NCBI GenBank assembly: GCA_024275615.1 | Contig: JAJRYU010000465.1 | Coordinates: 1 to 44,028, forward strand | DNA from: Planctomycetota bacterium | GTDB lineage: Bacteria > Planctomycetota > GCA-002687715 > DRQF01 | DNA length: 44,028 nt | Direction of reading: 5' to 3' | Shown: positions 19,782 to 29,528 of the stretch, one piece after another | Numbering within the stretch: the first letter of the stretch is position 1 | Layout: every line of letters starts with the position of its first letter | Program-made: the position numbers and the translations under genes | Notes under the pieces: model-generated | Seen by the model: the letters and a program-made list of their open reading frames with translations, nothing else | Database searches by the model: none | Told to the model about the DNA's origin: nothing

Positions 19782-20582
19782 TTGCCAAGCTTCGATAAGA
19801 CAACAGTATATCTGAGAAACCATTCTGCGAAATCCAACGGAGCCCAATCTTTGCCACTCTCCTGCATTATCTACGACCTCGATGGCACTCTTATCGATTC
19901 TGCCAGCGACATCACCATCGCTATCAACTTGGTTCGCCATCACTATGGTCTCGAAGCTCTGTCTGAGCTTGAAATCCGGGCATTCGTGGGTGACGGTGCT
20001 GAGAAGCTCGTTTGCCGGGCAATATTTGGTCAAGTCGACGATCCGGCCACGAGACCAGCCCAACGATTGCCCAAGTCAGCAGCCAGCGCTGAAGAGCTAG
20101 TCACGCGGTTTCGTGACATCTACGCCGCCGATCCAGTCATTGAAACGACGGTCGCGAAAGGGGCTGAGAAGATCCTTGCACACTGGCAAGGTCTCGGCGT
20201 GGCGCAGGTTTGCTTGACCAACAAACCTCACACCATCGCTATCGCCGTCTTGGAGCAACTGGGATTAGCGACCTTTTTCGATCTCATCGTCGGCGCTGGG
20301 GCAAAAGATGATGATGACGAGGTCTTGCCGCCAAAACCCAGTGCCGCTGTCATCGATTTCATCCTCGATCAAACGGGGGCATCCCTTGAGGAGACGATTA
20401 TCGTTGGTGATGGAATCGCCGACATCGAAGTAGCCAAGAATTCAGGCATCATGTGCATCCCGATTCTCGACGGATACACCTCTTCCGAGGCCATCCTTGC
20501 TGCTGCAACTGATTTGGACTTAGTGTCCACTTCTTTCCGACACGCTGGAGAGCTTCTGCTCAAGATCAACCAATCGATTTAG
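19782..20582 (+). CDS. HAD-superfamily hydrolase (phosphoglycolate-phosphatase-like)
   Basis: The motifs are DxD (IIYDLDGTLIDS), motif II (CLTNK) and motif IV (IIVGDGIADIEVAKNSG). The start is uncertain. An in-frame TTG at 19851, with GGAG upstream, would place the DxD motif at the usual distance from the N-terminus. Confidence 0.8.
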   Translation: MPSFDKTTVYLRNHSAKSNGAQSLPLSCIIYDLDGTLIDSASDITIAINLVRHHYGLEALSELEIRAFVGDGAEKLVCRAIFGQVDDPATRPAQRLPKSAASAEELVTRFRDIYAADPVIETTVAKGAEKILAHWQGLGVAQVCLTNKPHTIAIAVLEQLGLATFFDLIVGAGAKDDDDEVLPPKPSAAVIDFILDQTGASLEETIIVGDGIADIEVAKNSGIMCIPILDGYTSSEAILAAATDLDLVSTSFRHAGELLLKINQSI

Positions 20583-21507
20583 AAACTTGGTCGTGAAGTG
20601 GCAGTGTGACGGCGAGATGGCGATCTGCCCAGCACCAATTGTGAGCAGCGTTCGGAGCGAAAACAAGATTGTCACGGAATGAGTTGGCGACGCCCGCTTC
20701 TTCCAAGTGCCGGTCGAGCTCAATGCAGCGATCAATGTTGCCGAGGATTTCAGAGCCCGCCGCATGCATGTGAACTTGAAGACTTCGCAAGTCTGCGCGG
20801 CGCTTGCTGTTAGACCGGGAGACCCAAAAAATCGGGTTCGACCTCTCCATTTTGTGCAGGTCCCAACCGTGCGGCCCACAGAAGTAAGGTGCGCAAGCAT
20901 CGGACAACCACAGTCGACAGCCACGCCCGCTCGGTTTGAGTCTTGGGTCAATCTGATGAGGCCACATGAAACTGCCGTCATAGGCACCCACGGAGCCGAA
21001 CAGGTTGGGATACTTCAACCCCAAGTACATGGCACTGAAGCCTCCCATGCTGAAGCCGTCGAGGGCCGCGTGCCGTCGACCGATGCGAACGGAAAAACGT
21101 TCTTCGACAATAGCCTTGATCTCGAAGAAATGGCGCTCGAATCGCCCATTGCCGACGCCACGGTGACGGCCGTCCGCTAACCAATCGACGGGTATACCCT
21201 GAGCTCGACCGGAAGGCTCCATGAGACCAGGCATGACGACAATCAGGGGCTCAATGACCTCATCGTCGATCAATCGATCGACAAGAACCTTGAGGCCCTC
21301 TCTTTGGTCTTGGGCCTCTGCCCATTCCCGTTCAGCACCACGAAAAAGGTACAATGCCGGGTAACCACGCGTACTTTCCCCATAACCTCTTGGCAAGTAG
21401 ACGCCAAACGATCGCCTCACTCCCAGGACAGATCGTGGAATTGTCACCCATTTGACGAAGGACTCCTCCGACTGGCTCGGGTGTTTTTCTCTCTGCTTGC
21501 TTCGCAT
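20566..21507 (-). CDS. Alpha/beta-hydrolase of the 'putative esterase' (esterase D / enterochelin-esterase-like) family
   Basis: Motifs are YPALYLFRG, GFSMGGFSAMYLGLKYPNLFGSVGAYDGSF (a GxSxG elbow) and a distal H (AAHNW). I prefer the ATG at 21507. The 77-codon upstream extension to 21738 looks non-coding. Confidence 0.7.
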   Translation of the reverse strand: MRSKQREKHPSQSEESFVKWVTIPRSVLGVRRSFGVYLPRGYGESTRGYPALYLFRGAEREWAEAQDQREGLKVLVDRLIDDEVIEPLIVVMPGLMEPSGRAQGIPVDWLADGRHRGVGNGRFERHFFEIKAIVEERFSVRIGRRHAALDGFSMGGFSAMYLGLKYPNLFGSVGAYDGSFMWPHQIDPRLKPSGRGCRLWLSDACAPYFCGPHGWDLHKMERSNPIFWVSRSNSKRRADLRSLQVHMHAAGSEILGNIDRCIELDRHLEEAGVANSFRDNLVFAPNAAHNWCWADRHLAVTLPLHDQVSKSIG

Positions 21508-21754
21508 GGTTCGTTTTCTCGAGGCTTTTCCACTATGTGTCCAAACGGCTTTTTCACAAGGACTTAGACCACAACATACAGATATTCTCAAGCCGAAGAA
21601 AAGATAGGCCCACAGCAACAAATCGACCGCGCCCGCCGTCAAAAAAAGAGAAAAATGGAGAGCTTGTCGGATTCTGGGCCAACACTCTATGATTCTAATA
21701 CCTGGGGATGATTGCCGTTCCCCGCCCATAACAAACAAGAAAAGGTGAGTAACG

Positions 21755-24067
21755 ATGACCTACCATCGCTTGATGTCAAGCCTGTGCTGCCTCTTGGCAA
21801 TCGCTTCGATTTGCGGTGCTCAAGTTGGACCCTCCGGATCAATTGAGTTTCAAGACTACTATACATCTGGGTCCATCACGCAAACCGGCACAGAAACCGG
21901 GAGTGTCCATCGCAAGGTCTTTCAGTACGCCTCAGCATCTTCTTTGCGTGTTGTCTTCAGCTCCTACACCTTAGGGGCGAATGACTGGATTGAAGTCTAT
22001 TCACCGGCAACCGGCGAACGTCACAAACTCAACAACGCTGAGTTGATTAAGTGGCAGGGCACCTCGGGATTCTTTAACGGAGACACCCTTTGGATCGACC
22101 TTTACTTGGCCCCCGGATCCACCGGCAGCTTTGATATCGTCAGTTATTTCGTCGGCGCAAACAGCCAAAATACAGGTTACCAGACGATCTGTGGTAGCGA
22201 CGACCGTGTAGCATCAATGGACAATCGCTCCGGTCGTTTCGTGACGAATGGCACCACACTTGGAGGTGGCTGTACCATATGGCTGGCAAGCTCAGATGGT
22301 TGCGCCGTTTCCGCAGGGCACTGTTTCTCCGGTGGCTCCCTCATGCTGGCGGAATTCAACGTCCCGCTTTCATTGTCGAACTCAAATCTCCAGCATCCCC
22401 CGATCGCCGATCAATTCCCCATCGACGTGAGCACAGTGAGTTTCACCAATGGTGGTGTTGGCAACGACTGGGGCGTGTGTAAGCTCTTCACGAATAACCT
22501 GGGCCAAACCGCTGCCAGCCGCTACGGCTTCTACAACGTTGTTTCCACCGTACCCAGTCTCAGCAACACGATTCGCATCACTGGCTATGGTGTTGATAGT
22601 GGTGTTGACAACCAAACCAATCAAACCAATACTGGCCCCCTCGTTGGCAACAGCGGTACTACTTTGGGTTATCAAGTTGATACTCAGGGTGGAAATTCAG
22701 GTTCACCTGTGATTGACGAAGCAAGTGGCAATGCGGTTGGTGTCCACACTCACGGTGGCTGTAGCTCGAATGGCTCGGGAAACAACTCGGGAACCTCAAC
22801 AAGCCACTCCGGATTCCAGGCAGCCTACTTGTCCCTTTGCAATCAAATTCCAGCGATTCCAGTTGCCAGTTTCACATCATCCGTGACGGCCATTGTTGTT
22901 GGACAGTCGGTGACGTTTGCCGACACGTCCACGGGAGTTCCAACGTCTTGGGCTTGGGACTTTGATGGCGACTCGATCATTGACGCGAGCACGCCCACAG
23001 CAACATTCCAATACTTGGTTCCTGGCACCTACAACGTCAGCTTGACAGTCACCAATGGCATGGGAAGTGACACATTGACTCAGACCGGTCTCATTGCCGT
23101 CAATGCCATCAGTCCCGCGAGTCTGCCCTATTCACAGGACTTTGCTGGCGGCTTGCCGGGCACAGGTGAATGGGTTTTCCAAAGCAGCAATTCCTTTGGC
23201 AGAATCCAAGCTTCGAGCTATGGCTCAGCAGCACCGCTTTCTGGTTCCCCATCTTTGGTGATGGACTCCTCGGTCAACGGCAACTACGTCACCAATGAGT
23301 CAATCCTGTTCTTGGATCTTGCCAGCTCAGGCGGAGGCATCTTGAGCTATTGGTTCAAAGAGACAAATGACGAGCCTGATCCCGAAGATGGCGTGTTCCT
23401 CTCTGATGGCACAACCGAGATCAAGATTCAGGACCACGGTGATGGGCCTCAAGTGTGGACAGAATTCATCATCAACTTGAATACGGCTGCTGCTGCTGCC
23501 GGTTTGACCTTGACCAACAACATGCGACTCATATTCCGCCAGCGTGACAACTACAACATTGGTGTCGATGGCCACCTCATCGACGATATCAGTATCGTGG
23601 CTCCTCCCACCCCAGACATCGGCCAAGCCAATCGTCCTCAGTCCTCGCTGACGGCGACGGGAATGGTCGACAAGGATGGTTTTGTCCCAATACTGAACCA
23701 AAAAGGTCCGTTCTTTGTCACGGTTCCCCATGGAGGCACCTTGAGTCTTCAAGTCATGGGGCCGCCTTCCGGATTCATGACACTCTTTGCCAGTACACTC
23801 AATCGGAACAACGCCAATTTCGGCACAAACGGCCAATTGGATGTCGGCTTGTTGGGCCCCACTGATTTCACGGACATCGTACTGCTCATCGATGCTGCCA
23901 ATCCGGTTAATTTGGTTGACGCATTCGGTGTCCTCACACCCGCAGGTACTCAAGCGTTCTCAGCGGTTTTGCCGACAATCCTGCCATCTGGAAATGTCTT
24001 CGCCTTCCAAGCATTGCTCTACCCCAACCTGCAACTCACAGCAGCAATTGAACTCATCATTCCGTAA
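21755..24067 (+). CDS. Secreted trypsin-fold (Glu-specific-endopeptidase-like) serine protease with PKD and jelly-roll domains and a shared C-terminal module
   Basis: The RBS is aAAGGTGAgtaacgATG and there is a signal peptide. The catalytic triad context is CAVSAGHCF, NDWGVCKL and DTQGGNSGSPVID. A PKD domain is present (VTFADTSTGVPTSWAWDFDGD..YNVSLTVTNGMGSD). The C-terminal 123 aa (23696-24064) resemble the tails of the genes at 30128 and 38254. Confidence 0.8.
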   Translation: MTYHRLMSSLCCLLAIASICGAQVGPSGSIEFQDYYTSGSITQTGTETGSVHRKVFQYASASSLRVVFSSYTLGANDWIEVYSPATGERHKLNNAELIKWQGTSGFFNGDTLWIDLYLAPGSTGSFDIVSYFVGANSQNTGYQTICGSDDRVASMDNRSGRFVTNGTTLGGGCTIWLASSDGCAVSAGHCFSGGSLMLAEFNVPLSLSNSNLQHPPIADQFPIDVSTVSFTNGGVGNDWGVCKLFTNNLGQTAASRYGFYNVVSTVPSLSNTIRITGYGVDSGVDNQTNQTNTGPLVGNSGTTLGYQVDTQGGNSGSPVIDEASGNAVGVHTHGGCSSNGSGNNSGTSTSHSGFQAAYLSLCNQIPAIPVASFTSSVTAIVVGQSVTFADTSTGVPTSWAWDFDGDSIIDASTPTATFQYLVPGTYNVSLTVTNGMGSDTLTQTGLIAVNAISPASLPYSQDFAGGLPGTGEWVFQSSNSFGRIQASSYGSAAPLSGSPSLVMDSSVNGNYVTNESILFLDLASSGGGILSYWFKETNDEPDPEDGVFLSDGTTEIKIQDHGDGPQVWTEFIINLNTAAAAAGLTLTNNMRLIFRQRDNYNIGVDGHLIDDISIVAPPTPDIGQANRPQSSLTATGMVDKDGFVPILNQKGPFFVTVPHGGTLSLQVMGPPSGFMTLFASTLNRNNANFGTNGQLDVGLLGPTDFTDIVLLIDAANPVNLVDAFGVLTPAGTQAFSAVLPTILPSGNVFAFQALLYPNLQLTAAIELIIP

Positions 24068-24088
24068 CTCTTCAATACAAGACATGAA

Positions 24089-24119
24089 CCGGAGCCCCCC
24101 TGGAGCTCCGGTTTTTTTT
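24089..24119 (+). terminator. Rho-independent terminator after the protease gene
   Basis: ccggagc (24089-24095) pairs with gctccgg (24105-24111) across a 9-nt loop. Eight T residues (24112-24119) follow immediately. Confidence 0.75.
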
Positions 24120-24210
24120 GTGCCCATTCTCCTCGCGGTGGTTTCATTCCAGATCGCCGCGACAAATTCCGATAGGTTCTTTGTACGTACGAGCTTGGGA
24201 GCGTTCCATC

Positions 24211-25470
24211 ATGGCAAGCCACTTGGCAAGCAACACCAATTCTGTCCTCAAGGTTGAAGCCTCTGCGCTAGTCCCGACTTACGTCGGCAGGCAGCCCATG
24301 TTCAATGAAAACCTCGAGACAAGAGCTTACGAGCTGCTCTACCGCAATAGTTGCGACAATTGGGCCAACATCCACGATAGCGACATCGCCACAGGTCAAA
24401 CGTTCTGGAACACTTTCATTGAATTGGGCCAAGACCACGTAGCCGATGGACAAAGAGCCTACGTCAATGTCACCCCAGTTTTCCTGCGGTCCAATTGCGT
24501 TCAGATCTTCCCAAAAGACAAACTTGCCCTTGAATTAAGTCCCAGAGACCTGGCTGATCCAGCTGTCATTGAGGTGGTAAAAAAACTCCGAGAGGACGGC
24601 TACCGCATTGTCCTTGATGGACAGGGTCCTGATTCAATCGACGAAGCCACTTTCGCTTTCATTGACGAAGTGAAAATCAGCGTCGCGGCTGGTGCCCCCA
24701 GTGATAGTTCAGCGTTGGTGGCAAAGGCCAACGAATCTGGCATCACAACCATCGCCAAGTGCATTGAGACCTTTTCTTGTTTTGAAGATTGCCGACGCAC
24801 TGGATTCAAACTCTTCCAAGGTCACTTCTTGGCGAAGCCGCAGATTGTCATGGGTGGTCGTTTACCTGCTGATGGGCTGGCACGCATGCGCCTTCTGGCG
24901 GCAGTTAACGAATCTGAATCTGGCATCGAGAAAATGCAAGAGGCAATTTCTCAAGACGTCGGCCTAAGCTACAAGTTGCTTCACTACGTCAATTCAGCGA
25001 TGTTCGCCTTTCGGACCGACGTCGAATCGATACAACACGCCGTCATGATCTTGGGGATGCGTTGGGTCCGTACTTGGGCCAACCTGGTGATCCTCTCAGG
25101 AGTAACCGACAAACCTGCGGCCATCTTCAACACCGCCGTCATTCGCGGCAAGATGTGCGAATTGCTGTCAAGGGAGACCGGCTCGGATGAACCAGAAATG
25201 TTCTTCACGGTTGGATTGCTCTCCACTCTTGAATCTCTACTTGACCGTCCCATGGAAGAGATCCTAGGAGAACTACCCGTTGCCGAGCATCTAAAGTCGG
25301 CGCTCCTTCAAGGAGAAGGCCAACTGGGAGAAGCGCTGCAATGTGTTCTCAAGTATGAGCGATCAGCATGGGACGATGTCGACTTCGCTGGCTTGGAATC
25401 CGGCACAATACGTGATTCCTATCTCACCGCTTTGCAATGGGCCGCGGAATTGCGTGGTACCTTGGGGTAG
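24211..25470 (+). CDS. EAL-like plus HDOD domain signalling protein
   Basis: The N-terminal EAL-like signature is YVGRQPMFNENLETRAYELLYR. The HDOD region is LSYKLLHYVNSAMF..SIQHAVMILGMRWVRTWANLVIL. I prefer the ATG at 24211, because the upstream extension overlaps the terminator. Confidence 0.8.
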   Translation: MASHLASNTNSVLKVEASALVPTYVGRQPMFNENLETRAYELLYRNSCDNWANIHDSDIATGQTFWNTFIELGQDHVADGQRAYVNVTPVFLRSNCVQIFPKDKLALELSPRDLADPAVIEVVKKLREDGYRIVLDGQGPDSIDEATFAFIDEVKISVAAGAPSDSSALVAKANESGITTIAKCIETFSCFEDCRRTGFKLFQGHFLAKPQIVMGGRLPADGLARMRLLAAVNESESGIEKMQEAISQDVGLSYKLLHYVNSAMFAFRTDVESIQHAVMILGMRWVRTWANLVILSGVTDKPAAIFNTAVIRGKMCELLSRETGSDEPEMFFTVGLLSTLESLLDRPMEEILGELPVAEHLKSALLQGEGQLGEALQCVLKYERSAWDDVDFAGLESGTIRDSYLTALQWAAELRGTLG

Positions 25471-25595
25471 AGACCCTGGTCATCGTTGGCTCCGTTCGTA
25501 GGGATTCGCGGGCAGGGTTCCCGAGTTCTTGGAAATCAAGAACAGGCAAGACCAACGAGTCCGCGAAGACAACGGCGGTCCTGCCTGATCGACTT

Positions 25596-27122
25596 TTACT
25601 TGGTGCCAAAAACACGGCCATAGCGATAGTAGACTTCCAGGCACATAGTCATGAGAGCCGTTGAATACACTCGTCCCCCAGACTCCGCCCAAGGTCCCTT
25701 GGGATCCCACGATCCAGAGAAGGCACCGTCTACTCTCTGGCGATCAATAACAGCTTCCTTCATAGCGGCATTCCATTTCTTCCATGCGACACCGCCATAC
25801 TGAAACATGGCCAAAGTCCCGTAGTACCAGTAGTACATGTCGATCGAACCACGAGCTTGGTCCCAAACAGGGAGCTTCTTCAAGAGAAGATTCTCGATCC
25901 CCAGTTTTACCAGGCGGCTATTCTTGGGGTCTTCTCCTGAGAAAATGCGCGTGCAAATTCCTGCAGCTGTCATCGCTTCAGACTCGTCAGAAGGAAACTC
26001 GGCTTTCTTGCTTGGTTCGCGCGCCGTTGGCTCACCCGGTCTGACATAACCCACTCTACCGGTCTCTTCGCTAGTCATCTCAATGATGTAGTCCCGCGCC
26101 CATACCAGGCTCCGCTCGTCAAAGTCCAGCTTGGCATTCTTCGCAGCCTTCAAAACCATCGCCATCCAGCCAGTTACACTGACATCGTTTTGACTATTGG
26201 CCACACCATAGCGCCAAGCCTTGTAGGGATTCTGCATTGACAAGCAAAACGCGAGCCCCTTCTTTGCCGACCGCTTGATCGATGGCAACCGCGATAAGTC
26301 ATAGGCCTCAATCATGGCTAAGGTGGCGATCGCCTGGTTGTAGGAGAAATTAGAAATGCTCCTGCTGGTAAAACATCCTTCGCCATCCTGGCTTTTCATC
26401 AACCACCGTACACCTTTGGCGACGGTCATACGATAGTCTCCTCGCCTAGGCGACTCACCGGCACCGAGGAACGCCAAGAGTGCTAGCCCGGTCACGCCGG
26501 TATCATAGACTGCACCTCCGCGACTTCCCGCGAGACAAGGGCCGCCGCCGTCTTGGCATGAGAAACCATCTGCATCCCAAAACCCTGCTGGCGACTGATG
26601 CCGAGACAGCCACTCGAGCCCCTTGTCAACAACCTGTTCAGTCTTCTTGCTACCTTTGCGACGTCCACTGCGACGTCCTCCTCGCCCACTACCACCACCA
26701 GCACCACCGCCCAATCCAATGGCATCGTTCTTGTTGAAACTCGTCAAGGTCGCTTCACCAACAAAATCAGATTCACCTACCGTCTCTTCATAGGGCGCAT
26801 CAACATCGGTGGTGTCAGTCGTGTCAACAACTTCAATCTCGTCCGTCGGATCCGTGTCGTCCGGTTGCACCTCTGGGTCAGTCGTTGGCGGATCTATTTC
26901 GATGGGTTCGTCCGGAATCTCGTCAGCTTCTGCCAAGGTCACATTGGCCAAGGACTGAGATTCATCCTGGGGATCAGGAGAGACGAAGAGCATAAGGATG
27001 ACAACAATAAGAGCATGGAAGCCGCCTGAAAACAAGATCCAAGGCGTTCGGCTGAGTTGCTCCACAAGCACTTCGTTGAAGTCTTTTTGGGCACACGGGT
27101 AGCGTAGAATGTCGGCTGACAT
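25596..27122 (-). CDS. Membrane-anchored prenyltransferase/squalene-oxidase-repeat (alpha/alpha-toroid) protein
   Basis: The RBS is AAGGAGGttcccATG at 27122. One TM helix is followed by an acidic Pro/Asp/Thr linker and then a Gly/Arg tract. Repeat motifs are LEWLSRHQSPAGFWD, GVRWLMKSQDGEG and the C-terminal TALMTMCLEVYYRY. Confidence 0.8.
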   Translation of the reverse strand: MSADILRYPCAQKDFNEVLVEQLSRTPWILFSGGFHALIVVILMLFVSPDPQDESQSLANVTLAEADEIPDEPIEIDPPTTDPEVQPDDTDPTDEIEVVDTTDTTDVDAPYEETVGESDFVGEATLTSFNKNDAIGLGGGAGGGSGRGGRRSGRRKGSKKTEQVVDKGLEWLSRHQSPAGFWDADGFSCQDGGGPCLAGSRGGAVYDTGVTGLALLAFLGAGESPRRGDYRMTVAKGVRWLMKSQDGEGCFTSRSISNFSYNQAIATLAMIEAYDLSRLPSIKRSAKKGLAFCLSMQNPYKAWRYGVANSQNDVSVTGWMAMVLKAAKNAKLDFDERSLVWARDYIIEMTSEETGRVGYVRPGEPTAREPSKKAEFPSDESEAMTAAGICTRIFSGEDPKNSRLVKLGIENLLLKKLPVWDQARGSIDMYYWYYGTLAMFQYGGVAWKKWNAAMKEAVIDRQRVDGAFSGSWDPKGPWAESGGRVYSTALMTMCLEVYYRYGRVFGTK

Positions 27123-27312
27123 GGGAACCTCCTTGTGATGTTGCTTGATTCGCCGGCCCACTTTGCAGCTCATAGTTCTGAGTCCTGCAGAAGTGAACAT
27201 CTTTCGTCAGCCCCGGGGATGGTTGACAACTATGAGAACGATCAAGAATCGGAGCGGTTCATAGAAACTCCTCACAAAGGAAAAGGTTGCCGATCGTAAG
27301 CCGATACATGAC

Positions 27313-28368
27313 ATGGGCCTCCTCATCAGCTATACCACAGCTATGACAATCAAGACGACATCTCTTATCAGCGCCTTCTTCGTTGCTTTTTTCCTTTTTC
27401 CGCACTTAGGATCGGCACAGGAAATGGCCCAAGCAGGACAGGCTCTCCCAGACTTTCGTTTTCGGCAAGTCGTCATGAACAACGACGGCAGAGTCAGTCG
27501 GGACGACTTCGTTGGCCGCCCTTTGCTTCTTGAGTTTTGGGGCTTTCGCTGAGGGCCATGCATGGGCGTTGCCGTGCCGCATGCCGTTGAACTCGACAAG
27601 AAATATCGCCAGCAAGGTTTGGCCGTTGTCCTAGTCCACGTCCAAGACGGCCCAGTAGACTTAGCGGCATTGATGATGAAGAAATTCCCATCGAATACTG
27701 CCATGGTCACTGCAGACAATCCAGTCCCGGTCGGTGCATCAAGGAACCTGAAACTCCCTATGGCTGCATTGATCGGCGTTGACGGCAAGATCTTGGCCGT
27801 TGGTCACCGCACTAAGGTCGGCGCCTTGATCGATAAACTCATCCCTAAGGAACTCAAGAAGATGAATTCTGGTTGGGGTGCCGCAAAGGAAATCGCCAAG
27901 GCGAGATCCTTGATGCACGCAAAAAGCAAACTCACCGACGCCAAGAAGATCCTCGACGGCTTCCAAGCAAGGAACAAAACCATCCAGACAGACCTCAATC
28001 TTGCCCGTCACGAATTAGAATTGCGCTTTAGAACAGATCACAAATCCGTCAAGTATCTGATGGCCTCAGGGCAGTGGATCGATGCTAAGAAACAACTCCT
28101 TCGTTTGGACCGTGGCACGCAAGGCGTTCCCAAGTGGCAAGAGGCTTGCCAAAAACTCCAAGACAAGTTTGACGACTACATCGGCAAAGACGAACTCAAG
28201 CTCGACAAGGCCGTATCTAAGATCATCGCCCAGTCACGCCAAGGAGTAAAAAGTGGCATGATCGTCAAGATGCGAAAGATCGTCGCCAAGAAGGAGGGCC
28301 TTAAGGTCTACGGTCGAGCCATGTGGTACATCAGCGTCTGGAAGCGCCTAACGCTCTTAGGGAACTAG
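27313..28368 (+). CDS. Candidate selenoprotein: secreted TlpA/ResA-like thioredoxin-fold protein with UGA (27550-27552) at the first position of the redox motif (U-G-P-C), plus a helical C-terminal domain. The alternative reading is a nonsense-mutated pseudogene.
   Basis: Track ORFs 27313-27552 and 27562-28368 are in the same frame and separated only by TGA GGG CCA TGC. Read-through gives GRPLLLEFWGFR-U-GPCMGVAVPHAVELDKKYRQQGLAVVLV. A signal peptide is present only on the upstream part (an alternative start is ATG 27343, MTIKTT...). TGA acts as an ordinary stop elsewhere in the window. Confidence 0.55.
27560..27584 (+). other. SECIS-like stem-loop beginning 8 nt after the in-frame UGA
   Basis: gcatgggc (27560-27567) pairs with gcc-g-catgc (27576-27584), giving 8 bp with one bulged G (27579). 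The 8-nt apical loop, guugccgu, starts with GU. Confidence 0.35.
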
Positions 28369-28532
28369 CGTAAACCCAACTTCCCTCAAGCAAGAGTTTC
28401 TTGGCAAATAGTTGCGCCCAGATGACGGCCCCGGAAGATGGTCCCTCAGCCTCAAGGAGGCAGCTGAGAAACAATCTGTCTTGACACAATAGAGCCGCAG
28501 AATCTGACCAGGATCGCCTGAACACGCTGTCG

Positions 28533-29528
28533 CTACTTATCGGCATTCGCCTGATCGATCGCCATGAATGCCTTGCTTAGTTCCAAACAACGGGTAGCAC
28601 GCCGAGAGAGAAACGGGTCCTCGGAACTCGCGATGAAAGCAGTCAAACTGTCAACGACTTTCTGTGTGGCTTTGGCCTTAGCCAGCGGCTTGATCAATCT
28701 CAGGAGTTTCTTCTCCTGCTTGATGGCGGCCTTTTTGTATTTCGCCATGAATTCGGCCTCATTCTTCGCCACCTCATCTTCCCATTTCTTTCGACCACGA
28801 ACAGACTTGGTCAATGTTTTGCAAGCGGCACGTACATCTTTGTAGCGGCCTTCACGGTCGAGCCAACGGAGTTGGCGAATACGATGTGCGAACAGGTCGT
28901 TCATGTCATGAGCTGAGTCCGTGACTTCTTTGGGAACTCTCGAACCGACAGCCAACAAGTAGAAATACGCTTTCGATAGTGCACTGCCGCCAAAGGCGCG
29001 GGCACGAATCCCCACAGCAATTGTGTGATTGCCCCAGCCTTTCTTTCGCAAATCCAGTTGCCGCCTGATGGCCTTTTCGACTTTTTCTCTTTTGCCAATT
29101 TCCAAGTTGCGATGGAGCGGAAGCCCGCTCACAGAAATCCAGGTCAGTCGCGGAGAAGCGCTGACTTTGAGGTCCAACGGTGGGCTGGCCGAGGCACAAA
29201 GCCAAACAAGGGACTTTGGATTTATCCGCAGCAACCTCGCATACTCCAAAGTCGGTGTCGCTACAGTTTCTTCCGTCCAAAGAATGACAACCAGACCTTT
29301 CTTGGCATACTTTGATGCTAGTTGAGAAGACACCTTCATTGCCTCGGCCGATTTCTTGGCAACGACCACAACCACGGGATGGCCCTTGAGATCAGCTATG
29401 GTCTCGGAACCATCGTAATTATATAGGTCTTCGAAGTGCCAAAAAATGGGGTTCGCGGACTGCGCGGAAAGGGAAACGGTTAGGACGAGTAGCGCCAGAG
29501 AAGACCGTGTAGTGTAAGGAAGGATCAT
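28533..29528 (-). CDS. Secreted thioredoxin-fold-like protein lacking CxxC; distant paralog of the 27313-28368 gene
   Basis: It has a signal peptide (LALLVLTVSLSAQSA). The architecture matches its neighbour by eye: DG..L.GxP, ..KYxxxGLxVxL, LxxKKGWG..A..RA, and a helical Lys-rich tail containing KW.E. The position of the redox motif reads VVAKKSAEAM, with no Cys or Sec. Confidence 0.6.
   Translation of the reverse strand: MILPYTTRSSLALLVLTVSLSAQSANPIFWHFEDLYNYDGSETIADLKGHPVVVVVAKKSAEAMKVSSQLASKYAKKGLVVILWTEETVATPTLEYARLLRINPKSLVWLCASASPPLDLKVSASPRLTWISVSGLPLHRNLEIGKREKVEKAIRRQLDLRKKGWGNHTIAVGIRARAFGGSALSKAYFYLLAVGSRVPKEVTDSAHDMNDLFAHRIRQLRWLDREGRYKDVRAACKTLTKSVRGRKKWEDEVAKNEAEFMAKYKKAAIKQEKKLLRLIKPLAKAKATQKVVDSLTAFIASSEDPFLSRRATRCLELSKAFMAIDQANADK

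Noticed and set aside
19771-19795. TTGGCA-N9-TGCCAA / TGGCA..TTGC in the methyltransferase-HAD spacer resembles a sigma-54 promoter or an operator.
   Set aside because: The GG-to-GC spacing is 12 nt, not the 10 nt required for sigma-54. A 6-bp inverted repeat with a flexible spacer is expected many times by chance in 44 kb.
25525-25543. The hairpin GTTCTTG-gaaat-CAAGAAC lies between the convergent EAL/HDOD and prenyltransferase-repeat genes and could be a bidirectional terminator.
   Set aside because: The stem is only 7 bp and there is no U-tract on either strand. This is not enough to call a terminator.
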